This document shows positions 45,296 through 55,032 of a DNA stretch of 64,000 nt, one piece after another (position 1 is the stretch's first letter; each line of letters starts with the position of its first letter). The position numbers and the translations under genes are program-made. Source of the stretch: Eubacteriales bacterium (GTDB lineage Bacteria > Bacillota > Clostridia > Oscillospirales > CAG-272). The stretch is taken from the NCBI GenBank assembly GCA_045660325.1, contig JAZRDO010000023.1:71889-135888 (forward strand). Direction: 5' to 3'. The notes beneath the pieces were generated by a model. It searched no databases. It was not told where the DNA came from and worked only from the letters and a program-made list of their open reading frames with translations.

Positions 45296-48200
45296 ATGAA
45301 CGAAAGCATACTTAACAACGAGCTGCTCGATACAAATCCGAGCCCTAAAAAGAAAAACGCGTTTATCTCAGCGCTTGCGCGTTTTTATAAAAAATACAAT
45401 TTTATGATTTTCGCAGGGCTTATCCCCGCGACAATATTCTTTATTATTTATGTTGCGCGCCTTATCCATCCCTTTGGTAACGGCACGGTTCTCGTGCTTG
45501 ACTTAAACGCCCAGTACGCGTACTTCTTCGAATACCTTCGCGAGGCGATAACGGGCGGAGATCTCAGCCTTATCTATACGTGGGAACGAGCGCTCGGCGG
45601 CGAATTTATGGGTCTTTACGCCTACTATCTTGCCAGCCCCCTCTCTTATATCGTATGCCTCTTCCCCAAGGAAAATATGCAGGACGCGATATTTGTACTC
45701 TACCTCATCAAGTCCGCACTTTGCGGCGTAACGATGAGCTACTACCTCTATAAAACGTCCATAAAGATCGAGAAGCTTTCCATAATCGCCTTCTCCACCC
45801 TCTACGCGACAATGTCCTACGTCATTGTTCACATGAACAACATAATGTGGATCGACGCGGTAATTCTTCTCCCGCTCGTTATACTCGGCGTTGAGCAGCT
45901 TATAAAATACGGCAAGTACAAGCTCTATATCGTGACCCTTGCGCTCACGATGATAAGCAACTACTATATCGGTTATATGGTGTGCATATTCGTAGCAATG
46001 TATTATTTCTACTATATGCTCGCATATTCCGACAGAAACAACCCCTGTCTTGAAAAGAATCATTTCATAAAGTCCTTTGTAAGAATATTCACGTATTCAC
46101 TCATAGGCGTTGCTATCGCGGCGTTTATGATACTTGGAGCCTACTACTCGTTAGGACTCGGTAAGAGCGACTTCTCTTCCCCCAACTGGAAGGACGTAAA
46201 GCTCAATTACGATATTCTTGACGTTCTCTACAAGCTCCTCCCCGCATCATTCGATACGGTTGAGCCCTCGGGCTTCCCCTTCATCTACTGCGGCGTTCTT
46301 ACGCTTATTCTCGTGCCCGCATACTTTATGTCAAAGAAGTTTACAGTAAGAGAGCGCGTATTCTCGGCAATCCTTATCGTACTCCTTATGCTCGGCTTCC
46401 TTGTAAGCACGTTCGACCTTATCTGGCACGGCTTCCAGAGACCTAACTGGCTCAACTGCCGCTTCAGCTTCGTGCTTTGCTTCTTCCTGCTTACGTTAGC
46501 GTACAGAGTTTACACAAAGCTAGATAAGATCGCCGGCCGAAATTTCATTATTTCCTCGGCATTCATCATAGGCTTTGCCCTCGTGCTTGAAAAGATCGCT
46601 GAGAATCTCGTCAAGGAAAATAAGTTTTTCGTAGTAGATCCTTACGCGACCGTGCTTATGACGGTTGTTTGCGTTGTCGTATATCTTACGCTTCTCGCCT
46701 TCAGAAAATCGGGCAAAAATAAGGAAATTATAACCGCCATTCTTCTCCTGGTTATCTGCGGAGAAACGTTGATCTCGGGCATTTCCGAAACCAAGGACCT
46801 TGACAGCGACGTAGGATTTTCAAAGTACGACAAGTATTCCCAGCACATCTCCCTGATGATGCCCATTACCGACACTATAAATTATTACGACGGCGGCTTC
46901 TTCAGAGCCGAATCGGTGATCCACAGAAAGCCCAACGACAATATGGCAATAAACCTCAAGGGCTTGTCCAACTCCACCTCCTCGCTCAACGCCGAAACGA
47001 TATACTTCCTTCGTATGATGGGATACGCGTCAAAATCCAACTGGTCAAAATATATGGGCGCTAACCCCGTGAGCGACTCCCTGCTCGGTGTAAAATATAT
47101 TATTTCCCCGAGAAACTACGACGATATATACGGCGAGCCGATATACACGGTTGAGGAATTTGCAAAGCTCAACGGTATGACGGTTGAGGAGCTTATAAAG
47201 GAAACAAACGCCGACAACTCCTCGGGCGAGAAATATCACGGCACGAACGCGAGCGATTACGTGGTATACAAAAACCCCTTCGCGCTCTCGCTTGCATTCC
47301 TCTCCGCAGGAGCGATTCCCGACGATATGATGAAGGAATTCAATATCGAAATTGCGGAAACCAACTCCAACTATGACAAGTATTACAACGATTCGGGCTA
47401 TACTCTCGTATTCGAGAGAATAAATCACATGATATCCGCCATTCTCGGCAGAGAAACGAGCGTGTTCATGCCTGCCGAACAGCTGGGTCAGCCCTCTATG
47501 AGCGGCCTTAAGCACAACGTTTCAGGCAAGGGTACGCACGACAGATACACCTTTATCGAGGGTGAGGGTACGCTCACGTTCAACTATAAGGTTCCCACGA
47601 ACACCCGCCTCTTCCTCCAGCTCCCCGCGTACTATACGCGAGAAATGAGAATCGTTTCCTCAACGACTGCAATAATTGACAATACCACGACGGTTCAGGG
47701 CAATGAAACAAACCGCGTCATTGAGCTTGGCGAGGTGATCTCCGACGAGGAATATGCGGATTACTCCTTCACGATCCTCTTCTCAAAGGCTGCCGATGAC
47801 GACGAATTCTACGTAAGCATCAACGATTCCTATATCTACTATATCGATCATGAAGCCTTCAAGTCATCCTTTACCGAGATGCAGAAGGGACAGCTTATTA
47901 TCGACACCGACTATAAGGATCACGACATCAAGGGTACTATGGTGACCGAAAAGACAAACCAGATGGTTACCACGACCATTCCCTACGATAGCGGCTGGAA
48001 GGTATACGTTGACGGCAAGGCGGTAGACTCCTATAAGGTCGCAAACGCGCTTCTCGCCTTTGATATCACGGACGCGGGCAACCACGAAATAAGATTCGTT
48101 TATGCCCCCACGGCGCTCGTTCTCGGTATTGCGATCTCCATCGCCGCGACGATAATCTTTGTTCTCTTAATAGTATTTGAAAAGACGCTCCGAAGAATAA

Positions 48201-48400
48201 GACCCATCCGTTCCCTCTACCTTATCGACACGGATTATGTCGGCGACGATATTCCTATGGATGATATAGACGACGAAGAAATACCCGACGATCGCGGAGT
48301 ATTCAGCTTAAAATACAACAGAAAAAAGAATCTCAACGAGCCCACAGAGCAGGTTAAAAGACCTGTTGGCACAAAGCCCCCGAAGAAAAAGAAAAAATAA
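45296..48400 (+). CDS. YfhO family membrane protein (GT-C-like putative glycosyltransferase)
   Basis: 1034 aa. About 13 N-terminal TM helices are followed by a large extracytoplasmic domain, a final TM and a basic tail. The N-terminal region FIIYVARLIHPFGNGTVLVLDLNAQYAYFFEYLR is typical of YfhO. Confidence 0.8.
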   Translation: MNESILNNELLDTNPSPKKKNAFISALARFYKKYNFMIFAGLIPATIFFIIYVARLIHPFGNGTVLVLDLNAQYAYFFEYLREAITGGDLSLIYTWERALGGEFMGLYAYYLASPLSYIVCLFPKENMQDAIFVLYLIKSALCGVTMSYYLYKTSIKIEKLSIIAFSTLYATMSYVIVHMNNIMWIDAVILLPLVILGVEQLIKYGKYKLYIVTLALTMISNYYIGYMVCIFVAMYYFYYMLAYSDRNNPCLEKNHFIKSFVRIFTYSLIGVAIAAFMILGAYYSLGLGKSDFSSPNWKDVKLNYDILDVLYKLLPASFDTVEPSGFPFIYCGVLTLILVPAYFMSKKFTVRERVFSAILIVLLMLGFLVSTFDLIWHGFQRPNWLNCRFSFVLCFFLLTLAYRVYTKLDKIAGRNFIISSAFIIGFALVLEKIAENLVKENKFFVVDPYATVLMTVVCVVVYLTLLAFRKSGKNKEIITAILLLVICGETLISGISETKDLDSDVGFSKYDKYSQHISLMMPITDTINYYDGGFFRAESVIHRKPNDNMAINLKGLSNSTSSLNAETIYFLRMMGYASKSNWSKYMGANPVSDSLLGVKYIISPRNYDDIYGEPIYTVEEFAKLNGMTVEELIKETNADNSSGEKYHGTNASDYVVYKNPFALSLAFLSAGAIPDDMMKEFNIEIAETNSNYDKYYNDSGYTLVFERINHMISAILGRETSVFMPAEQLGQPSMSGLKHNVSGKGTHDRYTFIEGEGTLTFNYKVPTNTRLFLQLPAYYTREMRIVSSTTAIIDNTTTVQGNETNRVIELGEVISDEEYADYSFTILFSKAADDDEFYVSINDSYIYYIDHEAFKSSFTEMQKGQLIIDTDYKDHDIKGTMVTEKTNQMVTTTIPYDSGWKVYVDGKAVDSYKVANALLAFDITDAGNHEIRFVYAPTALVLGIAISIAATIIFVLLIVFEKTLRRIRPIRSLYLIDTDYVGDDIPMDDIDDEEIPDDRGVFSLKYNRKKNLNEPTEQVKRPVGTKPPKKKKK

Positions 48401-48419
48401 TTTTTAAAGGTAAATTAAA

Positions 48420-49049
48420 ATGTTTTATTATATCAGCGGAACGCTTGCATACGCTACGCCCAATTTCGCGGTCATTGACGCAGGCGGCGTAGGATACAAA
48501 ATGACAATCAGCCAGAACACCTTCGCGGCTCTTCCGCGAAGTGCTTCGGGCGCGCCCGTAAATGCAAAGCTTTATTCCTATATGGCAGTGCGCGAGGACG
48601 GTATCGAGCTCTTTGGATTCATCTCGGAAACCGAGCTTTCCTCCTTCAAGATGCTTCTCTCGGTTTCGGGCGTAGGTCCTAAGGCTGCTATATCCATTCT
48701 CTCGCTCCTCACACCCGAAAAGTTTGCTTTGGCAGTTTGCACCGAGGACAGAAAGACTATCTCAAAGGCAAACGGCATAGGCCCTAAGACCGCCGCAAGA
48801 ATCATTCTCGAGCTCAAGGACAAGCTTGTAAAGGAAAACAATATCGACACAACGCTTGCCGAGGGCATCACACAGTCGGGCGCATCACACACCGTAACTA
48901 TGAGCGGCAAGCTCACAGAGGCGCAGGATGCACTTATGGTGCTCGGCTACACAAGAAGCGAGGCACAGGCGGCTCTCCGCGGAATCGACACCGAAAAGTA
49001 CGATCTCGAGGGCATAATCAAGCAGGCGCTCAAGCAGCTTATGAAATAA
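48420..49049 (+). CDS. ruvA: Holliday junction branch migration complex subunit RuvA
   Basis: MFYYISGTL...GGVGYKM...LLSVSGVGPKAAISILS...NGIGPKTAARI shows the HhH motifs. Confidence 0.93.
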   Translation: MFYYISGTLAYATPNFAVIDAGGVGYKMTISQNTFAALPRSASGAPVNAKLYSYMAVREDGIELFGFISETELSSFKMLLSVSGVGPKAAISILSLLTPEKFALAVCTEDRKTISKANGIGPKTAARIILELKDKLVKENNIDTTLAEGITQSGASHTVTMSGKLTEAQDALMVLGYTRSEAQAALRGIDTEKYDLEGIIKQALKQLMK

Positions 49050-49061
49050 GGAGATACACGG

Positions 49062-50126
49062 ATGATAAACGAACAGGAATTTGAATTTGATTTTGAAAAC
49101 CGAATAGTATCTACAAGCTATGTAAACGAGGACGTTGAGACCGAGGTATCCCTCCGCCCCAAAACCCTTGAAGACTATATCGGTCAGGACAAAGCGAAGG
49201 AAAATCTCAAAATCTACATTGATGCGGCAAAGCTCCGCGGCGAATCCCTTGACCACGTGCTTCTCTATGGCCCTCCCGGTCTCGGTAAAACGACTCTCTC
49301 CAACATTATCGCAACCGAAATGGGCGTAAACATAAGAGTAACCTCGGGCCCCGCAATTGAAAAGCAGGGCGATCTCGCAGCGCTCCTTACCAATCTCTCC
49401 GAGGGAGACGTTCTCTTTATCGACGAGATACACCGTCTCAACCGCTCGGTCGAGGAAATTCTCTACCCCGCTATGGAGGACTACGCACTCGACATCATTA
49501 TCGGTAAGGGTCCCTCGGCACGAAGCATCCGAATCGACCTTCCGAGATTCACTCTTATCGGCGCGACAACGAGAGCGGGTCAGCTCACAACACCTCTGCG
49601 CGACCGCTTTGGCGTGGTATTGAAGCTTGAGCTCTACACCCCTGAGCAGCTTGCAACCATCGTTACAAGAAGCGCGGGAATCTTAGGCATCGAAATAAAC
49701 AAAAACGGCGCATATGAAATAGCATCCCGTTCGCGCGGAACACCCCGAATCGCAAACCGACTTCTCAAGCGCGTGCGTGACTTCGCACAGGTAATGGGTA
49801 AGGATATTATCGATGAAGAGATCGCATCCTATGCTCTCGGCAAGCTTGATATTGACGAGCTCGGACTTGATGCGACCGACAGAAGAATGCTTGAAACCAT
49901 CATCCGCTTCTATGACGGCGGCCCCGTTGGTCTTGACACTCTCGCGGCTACGATCGGCGAGGAGGCAATCACTCTTGAGGACGTTTACGAGCCCTATCTT
50001 ATGCAGATCGGCTTCCTCTCAAGAACACCCCGAGGCAGATGCGTAACGAGACTTGCTTACGAGCATCTTGGTCTTTCTCAAAGAAAAGAAGACTCCCAGC
50101 TTAATATTTTCAGCGAGGAAAAATAA
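49062..50126 (+). CDS. ruvB: Holliday junction branch migration DNA helicase RuvB
   Basis: [12 protein letters not shown]...GPPGLGKTT...LFIDEIHRL...[11 protein letters not shown] is the RuvB AAA+ signature. Confidence 0.95.
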   Translation: MINEQEFEFDFENRIVSTSYVNEDVETEVSLRPKTLEDYIGQDKAKENLKIYIDAAKLRGESLDHVLLYGPPGLGKTTLSNIIATEMGVNIRVTSGPAIEKQGDLAALLTNLSEGDVLFIDEIHRLNRSVEEILYPAMEDYALDIIIGKGPSARSIRIDLPRFTLIGATTRAGQLTTPLRDRFGVVLKLELYTPEQLATIVTRSAGILGIEINKNGAYEIASRSRGTPRIANRLLKRVRDFAQVMGKDIIDEEIASYALGKLDIDELGLDATDRRMLETIIRFYDGGPVGLDTLAATIGEEAITLEDVYEPYLMQIGFLSRTPRGRCVTRLAYEHLGLSQRKEDSQLNIFSEEK

Positions 50127-50178
50127 ATAAAAAGGACGGAAAAGCGGACTTCTCATAAGGATGCTTGTATCTGTTTTT

Positions 50179-50205
50179 GTAGGGACAGGCGTCCTCGACT
50201 GTCCG
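50179..50205 (+). repeat. GTAGGG-hairpin unit
   Basis: GTAGGGACAGGCGTCCTCGACTGTCCG, with a GGACAG/CTGTCC stem. The same 5' GTAGG(G)-plus-hairpin layout occurs at 11991..12014 (minus) and 12222..12242 (plus). Confidence 0.5.
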
Positions 50206-50241
50206 TAAAGGTATAAACTTGATCCGCAGAAAACAAAGATT

Positions 50242-50273
50242 CCCCCCGACAGATTTTAACATCTGTCGGGGGG
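50242..50273. terminator. bidirectional terminator between ruvB and the convergent nucleotidyltransferase gene
   Basis: CCCCCCGACAGAT-TTTAAC-ATCTGTCGGGGGG, a 13 bp stem followed by TGTTTTATT. Confidence 0.8.
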
Positions 50274-50305
50274 TGTTTTATTCTGTTAGATAAATTGGAA
50301 TTTGT

Positions 50306-50965
50306 TTAATTGTTTTCGGAAATCCATTTCTTTGCCCAAGCAAACAACGTTTCGGACATCAATTTAAAATCTACCGTTCCGCCATTTTTCAAATTCATAA
50401 AGGTCTGCACAATTACCCGTTCATCGGAAGGCACGACAAAAAGCAGATCCTTTTGATGCCTGATATAGTTTCCGGTTTGCCTGAAAGAAATTGCCTGTAC
50501 GACGAAAGATGCGGATTTATATAATCCTTTCAAAACATCCTCACTCTTTTCGTGCAGCATATTGTGAACACAGCCGTGATAAATATTGCAAGCACCGATT
50601 TTGATGGCTCTATCGACAGCACTTTCGTCAACCATAGCCAACACCTCCTCAAGACTTCCCTTGATCGGCGTTGTGTCATGGCAAAATTGGAATAGGTCTG
50701 ATGGCTCCCAATTCAAAATTTCGCGCTTACCCGACAGAAAACCGCAGATCAATTCCCTGTAAGACAAGGTGTCCAGCATATCATTATAAGTTTTGATATC
50801 AACGGCAGACAATTCATCAAGTATCACAACAACGTCAATGTCGCTTGTTGGGGTAGCTTCGCCACGACCATAACTACCTTGCAGACCAACAAACCATACA
50901 CGGTCTACAAAAGTCTCATGTAATGTCTGCAAGAAGCCTGACATCCAAGCAGTAATATCTACCAT
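50306..50965 (-). CDS. nucleotidyltransferase-domain protein with a C-terminal helical domain (KNTase/ANT(4')-like architecture)
   Basis: GLQGSYGRGEATPTSDIDVVVI is the minimal NTase GS-X9-13-DxD motif. It is followed by a ~110 aa helical region. Start at ATG 50965 after GAGGTGA. GC is visibly lower than in neighbouring genes. Confidence 0.7.
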   Translation of the reverse strand: MVDITAWMSGFLQTLHETFVDRVWFVGLQGSYGRGEATPTSDIDVVVILDELSAVDIKTYNDMLDTLSYRELICGFLSGKREILNWEPSDLFQFCHDTTPIKGSLEEVLAMVDESAVDRAIKIGACNIYHGCVHNMLHEKSEDVLKGLYKSASFVVQAISFRQTGNYIRHQKDLLFVVPSDERVIVQTFMNLKNGGTVDFKLMSETLFAWAKKWISENN

Positions 50966-51282
50966 TTTAATCACCTCGTCATATTCTTATTTATCGTAAT
51001 TTATCGCAAGTTTCGCCTTTGTATTACAAACGCGTCGGGCAAAGCCCATACCCCTAAAAATACAAGGGCTTTCTTTTGCCTTATTATATCACAAATCGGC
51101 CGAAAAAGCAAGAGTTATATTCCGACTTCGTCGGAGTGATATTATTGCTTCACAATAGTGATATTGAAGCTTTAAGCTTCAGTGTTATTTTATTCGCCTC
51201 TAAAACTTGCGAAGCAAATACCACTCGGCGTAAGCCGAATAAAACTACGAAGCAATATAACTCGCCACAGGCGAATAAAACT

Positions 51283-51309
51283 GCGAGACTTCCTTATGAG
51301 AAGTCTCGC
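51283..51309 (-). terminator. intrinsic terminator after the second ABC exporter pair
   Basis: GCGAGACTTC-CTTATGA-GAAGTCTCGC, a 10 bp stem followed on the minus strand by AGTTTTATT. Confidence 0.65.
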
Positions 51310-51333
51310 AAATTCCGTCCTTTTATTTTTAAT

Positions 51334-53109
51334 TTATAAGGATACCGCCTGGCTATTCCAAAGCTCCGAATAAAATCCGTCGTTTGAAAGAAGCTCGTCG
51401 TGGCTTCCCTTTTCAATAATCTTACCGTCCTTCATAACGAGAATGATGTCCGCTTCCTTGATAGTGGAAAGTCTGTGGGCTACGATAAACGAGGTTCTTC
51501 CCTGCATCATCGTAGAGAACGCCTTCTGTATCTTCATTTCGGTTCTCGTGTCAATTGACGAGGTCGCCTCGTCGAGAATGAGCATCGGAGGAAGTGTCAG
51601 GATCACTCTTGCGATACAAAGCAGCTGCTTTTGTCCCTGCGAAAGAACTCCGCCGTCCTCGCCGATCTTAGTGTCATATCCGTTCGGAAGTCGCTTTATA
51701 AAGGAATGCGCGTGCGCGGCCTTTGCCGCTGCGATCATTTCCTCGTCGGTCGCGTCGGGCTTGCCCATAATAATATTCTCTCTGATGGTTCCCGCCTTGA
51801 GCCACGTATCCTGAAGCACCATACCGTAGGATGCACGGAGCGAGCTTCTCGTTACGTCCTTGATATTATTTCCGCTGACCGTAATACTGCCCGAATCAAC
51901 GTCGTAGAATCTCATAAGCAAATTAATAACCGTCGTCTTTCCGCAACCCGTAGGGCCTACGATCGCAACTCTTTGGCTCTTTTCAATATTAAGATTGAAA
52001 TCCTCGATAAGCGACTTGTCCTTAGTATAAGAAAAGCTTACGTTTTCAATGCTTACGTTTCCATTGATATCCTCATGTGTCAGTACCCTCGCATCAGGCG
52101 CGTCGGGTGTCTCCACGGGGGAATCTATAAGCTCAAAGAGACGGGATACACACGCCAAGGAATTTTGAAGCTCAGTTATAACGCCCGAGATCTCATTGAA
52201 GGGCTTTGTATACTGATTCGCGTATCCGAGCAAGCTCGCAAGCATACCGACGGAAAGCGCGTCTCCGTTTGATTCTATGCAGATTATCGCGCCCGCGAGC
52301 GCTACTGCCGCGTAAACGAGATTGTTTACAAATCTTGTCGAGGGGTTTGTAAGCGAGGAATAGAACACCGCTTTAAGAGAAACTTTGCCAAGCTCGTCGT
52401 TGATCCTGTCAAATCTCTCTATAACCTTTTCCTCCTGCGAGAATGCAACCACCGTCTTATGCTCGCCTATCATCTCGTCAATGAGTGCCGTTTGCTCTCC
52501 TCTTACCTCTGCCTGACGCTTGAAGAGATTGAAGGTGTTCTTCGCAATAAACGCCGCCACGAAAAGCGAGAGAGGCGTAAGCAAAACTACGATTACCGCG
52601 ATTATGGGATTTAAGTATATCATAAAGCCCAGTGTTGCCGCAATGGTAAGCGCACCCGTAAAGAGCTGGGAAAATCCCATAAGAAGTCCGTCGGAGAACT
52701 GGTCAACGTCACCGATAACTCGGCTTACGGTATCGCCTACGGAATGAGAATCAATATAAGAGAGCGGTAATGCCTGAAGCTTCTCGAATGCCTCTTTTCT
52801 CATTCTTCTTACTACGCCAAAGGTTATTTTATTGTTACAAATATTCATTATCCACTGAAGGAGTGCCGTTACAGCGGATATTACGCCGATCTTGATAAGT
52901 ATTTTAAATATCCCGTCAAAATCAACGTTGCCGCGACCGATCGCCAGATCGATCGCCTGACCGATAAGTATAGGCACGTAAATGGTCAAACCCACAACTA
53001 TCGCCGCCAATATCAGCGAAAGAAGGAAGAGCCATTTATACGCGCGAAGGTATCGAAGCACCTTCCTTACGGTCTCCTTGTTGTTTACTTTTACCTTTGT
53101 TTTCTTCAT
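51334..53109 (-). CDS. ABC exporter, fused permease/ATPase, consensus-site half of heterodimer (paralogue of 1032..2807)
   Basis: 591 aa. GPTGCGKTT, LSQGQKQL and MLILDEATSSID with the catalytic Glu present. Confidence 0.9.
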   Translation of the reverse strand: MKKTKVKVNNKETVRKVLRYLRAYKWLFLLSLILAAIVVGLTIYVPILIGQAIDLAIGRGNVDFDGIFKILIKIGVISAVTALLQWIMNICNNKITFGVVRRMRKEAFEKLQALPLSYIDSHSVGDTVSRVIGDVDQFSDGLLMGFSQLFTGALTIAATLGFMIYLNPIIAVIVVLLTPLSLFVAAFIAKNTFNLFKRQAEVRGEQTALIDEMIGEHKTVVAFSQEEKVIERFDRINDELGKVSLKAVFYSSLTNPSTRFVNNLVYAAVALAGAIICIESNGDALSVGMLASLLGYANQYTKPFNEISGVITELQNSLACVSRLFELIDSPVETPDAPDARVLTHEDINGNVSIENVSFSYTKDKSLIEDFNLNIEKSQRVAIVGPTGCGKTTVINLLMRFYDVDSGSITVSGNNIKDVTRSSLRASYGMVLQDTWLKAGTIRENIIMGKPDATDEEMIAAAKAAHAHSFIKRLPNGYDTKIGEDGGVLSQGQKQLLCIARVILTLPPMLILDEATSSIDTRTEMKIQKAFSTMMQGRTSFIVAHRLSTIKEADIILVMKDGKIIEKGSHDELLSNDGFYSELWNSQAVSL

Positions 53110-53112
53110 ATT

Positions 53113-54840
53113 TTATGCCTTTGCCGCGTAAAACTGCGACTCATAAATTTCCTTGTAAATTTCACAGGTGGAAAGAAGCTCACTATGTGTTCCCATACCC
53201 TCGATTCTGCCATCCTCAAGCACGATTATCTTGTCCGCGTGGCTTATCGACGAGCTTCTCTGGGAAATAATAAATACAGTAGGATTATAATTCAGCCTTG
53301 AAATCTCCCCGCGGAGTCTTGCCTCGGTCGCAAAGTCGAGCGCCGACGCGCTATCGTCAAGAATGAGAATAGGCGCGCGCTTAATGATCGCTCTCGCGAT
53401 ACAAAGTCTCTGCCTTTGTCCTCCCGAGAAGTTCTTTCCCTTCTGAGATACGGGGGCGTCGAGTCCTCCATTCTTCTCGCGAACGAACTCATCCGCCTGC
53501 GCTATTTTGAGCGCCTCCCACATTTCCTCGTCGGTCGCGTTTTCATTGCCCCACAAGAGATTATCGCGGATGGTTCCCTTGAAGAGCACCGACTTCTGCG
53601 GCACTGTAGCGATCATAGAGCGCAACGTGTCCTTACTGTAATTATTTACGTCCTTACCAAATACCGAAACTCTACCCTCACTTGCCGTATAATGCGCGGG
53701 AATGAGGTTTACAAGCGAGGTCTTACCGCAGCCCGTACCGCCAATAATACCGATCGTCTGACCCTTCAATGCCTTGAAGCTGATATCGGTAAGAGAGTCG
53801 TCCGCGCCACCTTTGTAGGTAAGAGAAACGCCCGAGAACTCAACCGCAACATCGGATTCTCCCTCATCATCGGAAGCTGTCTCCGCCTTGTTATCAGTCG
53901 CGGGAATATCGAACACCGCGCTGATTCTTTTTGCGCATGCGATAGCCTTGATAACCGTAAATATCGTTGTCGCGAGCTTTACAAGCTCAACGAGGATCTG
54001 CGTCATATAGTTATAAGAGGCAACAAGATCGCCCTGAAGCATACCGCCCTCGTTGATCTCGGGTGCGGCAAAATAGATAAGCGCAATAATTCCTAAGTTT
54101 ACGCAAACGTAGGTCAAAGGATTCATAAGCGCGGAAATCTTGCCCGCAAGCTTTTGCGCGCTTGTGTGCTCACGGTTAGCGACCGTAAAGTCCTCGGTCT
54201 GCTTTTCCTCAAGGTTGAATGCACGGATAACCCTTGCGCCAGAAAGGTTTTCGCGTGTTGCGGAGGTAACTCTGTCAAGCCTTGCCTGAACGCGTCTGTA
54301 AAGCGGAATTCCCGCCAAAATAATTGTAAAAACAATAATTGCAAGAACAGGAATGAGAATTGCGAATATCCACGCCGTGCGGGGATTTACGAAAAACGCC
54401 ATTATCATTGCGCCAAATACGATGATGGGTGAGCGCAAGAAAAGTCGGAGCGTCATATTCACACCCGTCTGTACCTGATTTATATCCCCCGTCATTCTCG
54501 TGATCATAGTTGACGTACCGAGCGAATCCGTTTCGGTATAAGAAAGTCCCGTGAGGTGTGAGAAAAGAGATCTTCGCATAGACGTGGATGCGCCGACCGC
54601 CGCCTTTGCCGCAAAATACTGCGCCGTAAGCGCACAGGCAAGGCCGATAATTCCGAGCGCCACTAAAATGAGAATTCTCGTATATATGTAATTTTTGTCA
54701 CCGTTTTTAATGCCTACGTCAATTATATCCTTGACAACCAGCGGAACGAAGAGATCGAAGCACGCCTCGAGCAGCTTGAAGAACGGCGCAAAAAAGCATT
54801 CTGATCTATATTTTTTAAGATGCTTTAATACAAATCTCAT
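53113..54840 (-). CDS. ABC exporter, fused permease/ATPase, degenerate-site half of heterodimer (paralogue of 2797..4536)
   Basis: 575 aa. GGTGCGKTS, FSGGQRQR and ILILDDSASALD, with Asp replacing the catalytic Glu. Confidence 0.9.
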   Translation of the reverse strand: MRFVLKHLKKYRSECFFAPFFKLLEACFDLFVPLVVKDIIDVGIKNGDKNYIYTRILILVALGIIGLACALTAQYFAAKAAVGASTSMRRSLFSHLTGLSYTETDSLGTSTMITRMTGDINQVQTGVNMTLRLFLRSPIIVFGAMIMAFFVNPRTAWIFAILIPVLAIIVFTIILAGIPLYRRVQARLDRVTSATRENLSGARVIRAFNLEEKQTEDFTVANREHTSAQKLAGKISALMNPLTYVCVNLGIIALIYFAAPEINEGGMLQGDLVASYNYMTQILVELVKLATTIFTVIKAIACAKRISAVFDIPATDNKAETASDDEGESDVAVEFSGVSLTYKGGADDSLTDISFKALKGQTIGIIGGTGCGKTSLVNLIPAHYTASEGRVSVFGKDVNNYSKDTLRSMIATVPQKSVLFKGTIRDNLLWGNENATDEEMWEALKIAQADEFVREKNGGLDAPVSQKGKNFSGGQRQRLCIARAIIKRAPILILDDSASALDFATEARLRGEISRLNYNPTVFIISQRSSSISHADKIIVLEDGRIEGMGTHSELLSTCEIYKEIYESQFYAAKA

Positions 54841-55032
54841 ATTTTCTCCTAAAATTTTACTATCATTTTATTATAACATAAACGCGAATAAATTTCAATA
54901 TAATTGCAAAAATTAAAAAAGAGTATAATTTTTGTTTTTTAACTTATTATTATTAATATTATTTTAATAAAACTGTGATATAATTAATTATTATTTTAAA
55001 AAATTCTAATTTGATACACGGAGGAACGAACT

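Noticed and set aside
50970-50985. An exact 16-mer, ATCACCTCGTCATATT, shared between the 5' regions of the nucleotidyltransferase gene (50970-50985) and the small surface-protein gene (61231-61246).
   Set aside because: It includes the RBS complement (GAGGTGAT). About one chance 16-mer match is expected among all position pairs in a 64 kb window, so it is not significant by itself.
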